This document shows positions 62,001 to 64,000 of a stretch of DNA of 64,000 nucleotides, in pieces. The position numbers and the translations under genes are program-made. Under the pieces are notes generated by a model. It had not been told where the DNA came from. It ran no database searches and saw nothing but the letters and a program-made list of their open reading frames with translations. Origin of the DNA: Candidatus Sulfomarinibacteraceae bacterium. GTDB taxonomy: Bacteria > Acidobacteriota > Thermoanaerobaculia > Thermoanaerobaculales > Sulfomarinibacteraceae. The DNA lies in NCBI GenBank assembly GCA_963796455.1, contig CAWCLO010000001.1, forward strand, positions 1,263,026-1,327,025, given 5' to 3'. Position 1 is the stretch's first letter; each line of letters opens with the position of its first letter.

Positions 62001-64000
62001 TGGCGTACTCGTTGCGGATGCGCTCCAGCTCGTAGTCGAAGTCACGCTTCAGCGTCGTGATCGCCGTGCGGGCCTCATCAAGCCGCCCGAGCTGCCCGCA
62101 CACCGCGGCGAGGTTGATGAAGGAGTACAGGGCATGCGGGGGAAGTTGATCCCCTTGAGGACCGCCAACGCCTCCTCGAACTCTCCTTGAGCGTAGTGGT
62201 GGTAGACGTTCACGAATGGGTACCACTCGGGATGGTGCGGGTTGAGGGCGCACGCCTCGAGGCCGAGTCGTGCCCCCCGCTCCCATCGACCCGAGATGCC
62301 GAACAACAGCCCCATGACCGCGGCCGTGTACGAATTTCTCCGGTTGAGATCGAGGGCCCGCGCGGCCGCAGCCTCGAAGGCCGCCACGTCGCCGAGCAGG
62401 AAGTGCGCACTGGGGCCAGTGCGTCCCAGCCCGCCTGGGAGGTCGGGTCGAGGTCGACAGCGCGCTGCGCCGATTGCAGCGCGCGCTCGATCGGTCCCTC
62501 ACGAAGGTTGAAGTCGAAGAAGTACTCGGTTCGATAGACATTCGCGAGCCAGGCGTGGGCCTCTGCGTTGCCGGTTCCGAGAGCAACCGCGGCCTCCAGG
62601 CCGTCGCGAATCGCGGCGTGTTCCTCGGGTGGGTAAATGACCTGCTGGAAGCAGACTGCGCGCATGATCCAGTCGTCGACGGTCATCTCGTCATCGGACA
62701 CGGCGCGCAGCTCCGCCGCCACCAACCTCGCCAGGACACCCGAGTAGTCGCCGACGGTCGCGACGATCCGATCGGTCAGGCCATCCTGCAGCTCGAAGAG
62801 GCTGGACGCCCTCGAACCGGCGATCGTAGGTCTCCGACCAGACGTGGGCACCGGTCTCGGTGTCGATCAGCTGCACGGCCAGGCGCAGATCGGGGCCCGC
62901 ACTGCGCAGACCTCCGCGAAGGAGGTACCGCACACCGCGCCCGCGGACCGGGGCACCCGATCCATCGCCGGAGTCGAGCCCCGCGCCATCGACGATCGTG
63001 AGATAAGGAAAGCGAGCGAGACCGTTCGAGATGTCCTCGGCAAGCCCTTCGGCAAGGGTCGTGAGGGTCGAGTCGGACCCGGGAGCTCGAAAAGGCGCAA
63101 CCGCGATCGCCCGGTCCAGACCGGGTCGGACGCGGACGCTCGCGGAGGCCGTCGAACGATCCCGACTGGGTTCGACGCGGGGACGCGCGGAAGAGGGCAG
63201 CGCCCCAGACGTTTCCCTCTTGAGCGCCTTCAACTCGTTGAAAACGTCACGCGCCGTCTGGTAGCGGTCGCCGCGGTCCTTTTCGAGACAGCGGCCGATG
63301 ATCCGCGCGAGGTGGCGCGGCAGGTCGTCGCGAATCTCGACGACGGATGGCGGCACATCCCTGAGGATCGACGACATCAGGGCGGGCGAGGTCGAGCCCT
63401 TGAAGGGCCTTTCGCCAAGCGCCATCTCGTAGAGCAGGACCCCGAGCGAGAAGATGTCTGTGCGGTGGTCGACGACGAGGCCCTCGACCTGCTCCGGCGA
63501 CATGTAGGGCACGGTGCCGACGATCGTGCCGATCCCGGTCAGGGCCTCGGTGGGGAGCTCGCTCGAATCCGATCCGCCCTTCGCGTCCTGAAGCTTGGCG
63601 AGACCGAAATCCATGACCCTGATCCGGCCACCACCATCGACCATCACATTGGCGGGCTTGAGGTCGCGGTGGATGACGCTCTTGTCGTGCGCCGCCGAGA
63701 TCGCCTCGGCCAGCGGCGTTGCCAGATCGAAGAAGCGCTCGAGGTCGAAGCCGCCGTCCGGGATCATGGTTTCGAGCGTCCGCCCGTCGACCAACTCCAT
63801 GGTCAGGAAGTGGATGCTCCCAACTTCCTCCACCGAGTAGATGGTGACGATGTGGGGGCGGTTGAGCGAGGCCACTGCGCGGGCCTCGCGTTCGAAGCGA
63901 TCGAGTCGTTGCGGGTCGGCGGAGAACTCCTCCGGCAGGACCTTGAGCGCCACCTCACGTCCGAGCTTCTCATCGGTTGCCCGCCACACCTCCCCCATCC
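59076..64000 (-). CDS. K1 (5'-truncated by the window edge): Ser/Thr kinase plus three TolB_N-like/TPR modules; multiple frameshifts
   Basis: Kinase in 62691..63998. Module fragments continue through 62210..62851, 62049..62387, 59132..61861 and 59076..59789. Confidence 0.75.

Noticed and set aside
24398..64000. Diversity-generating retroelement acting on the repeated kinase segments
   Set aside because: No reverse transcriptase in the window. Mismatches between copies are not adenine-specific and lie in the conserved N-terminus rather than a C-terminal variable region.

Overview
GC-rich bacterial genomic window. The gene content resembles Acidobacteriota, which is an inference only. The first ~24 kb holds metal, envelope and metabolic genes: a Cys/His-rich ribbon-helix-helix regulator with a Zn/Mn-type ABC transporter, an M48 peptidase, a methyltransferase, YihY, an MltF-like transglycosylase, HtrA, Ni-superoxide dismutase, a BlaI/BlaR1-like pair, split cobalamin methionine-synthase modules, oligopeptidase B, an RsbW-like protein and an ABM-domain protein. 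Several spacers between them are filled with short tandem and palindromic repeats. The remaining ~40 kb (24.4-64 kb, minus strand, continuing beyond the window) is an uninterrupted, largely translationally coupled array of at least 10 Hanks-type Ser/Thr kinase genes, labelled K1-K10 in transcription order. They fall into two classes: kinase-TM-PD40 beta-propeller, and kinase plus repeated TolB_N-like/TPR modules (one also carries a STAND ATPase). Neighbouring kinases share near-identical N-terminal DNA but have different C-terminal sensor regions. One kinase loop has captured two unrelated repeat types in frame, one of them clearly the same palindrome family seen between genes. Many single-base frameshifts, including in housekeeping genes, suggest assembly indel errors. 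No rRNA, tRNA, CRISPR, transposase or phage genes were recognised.
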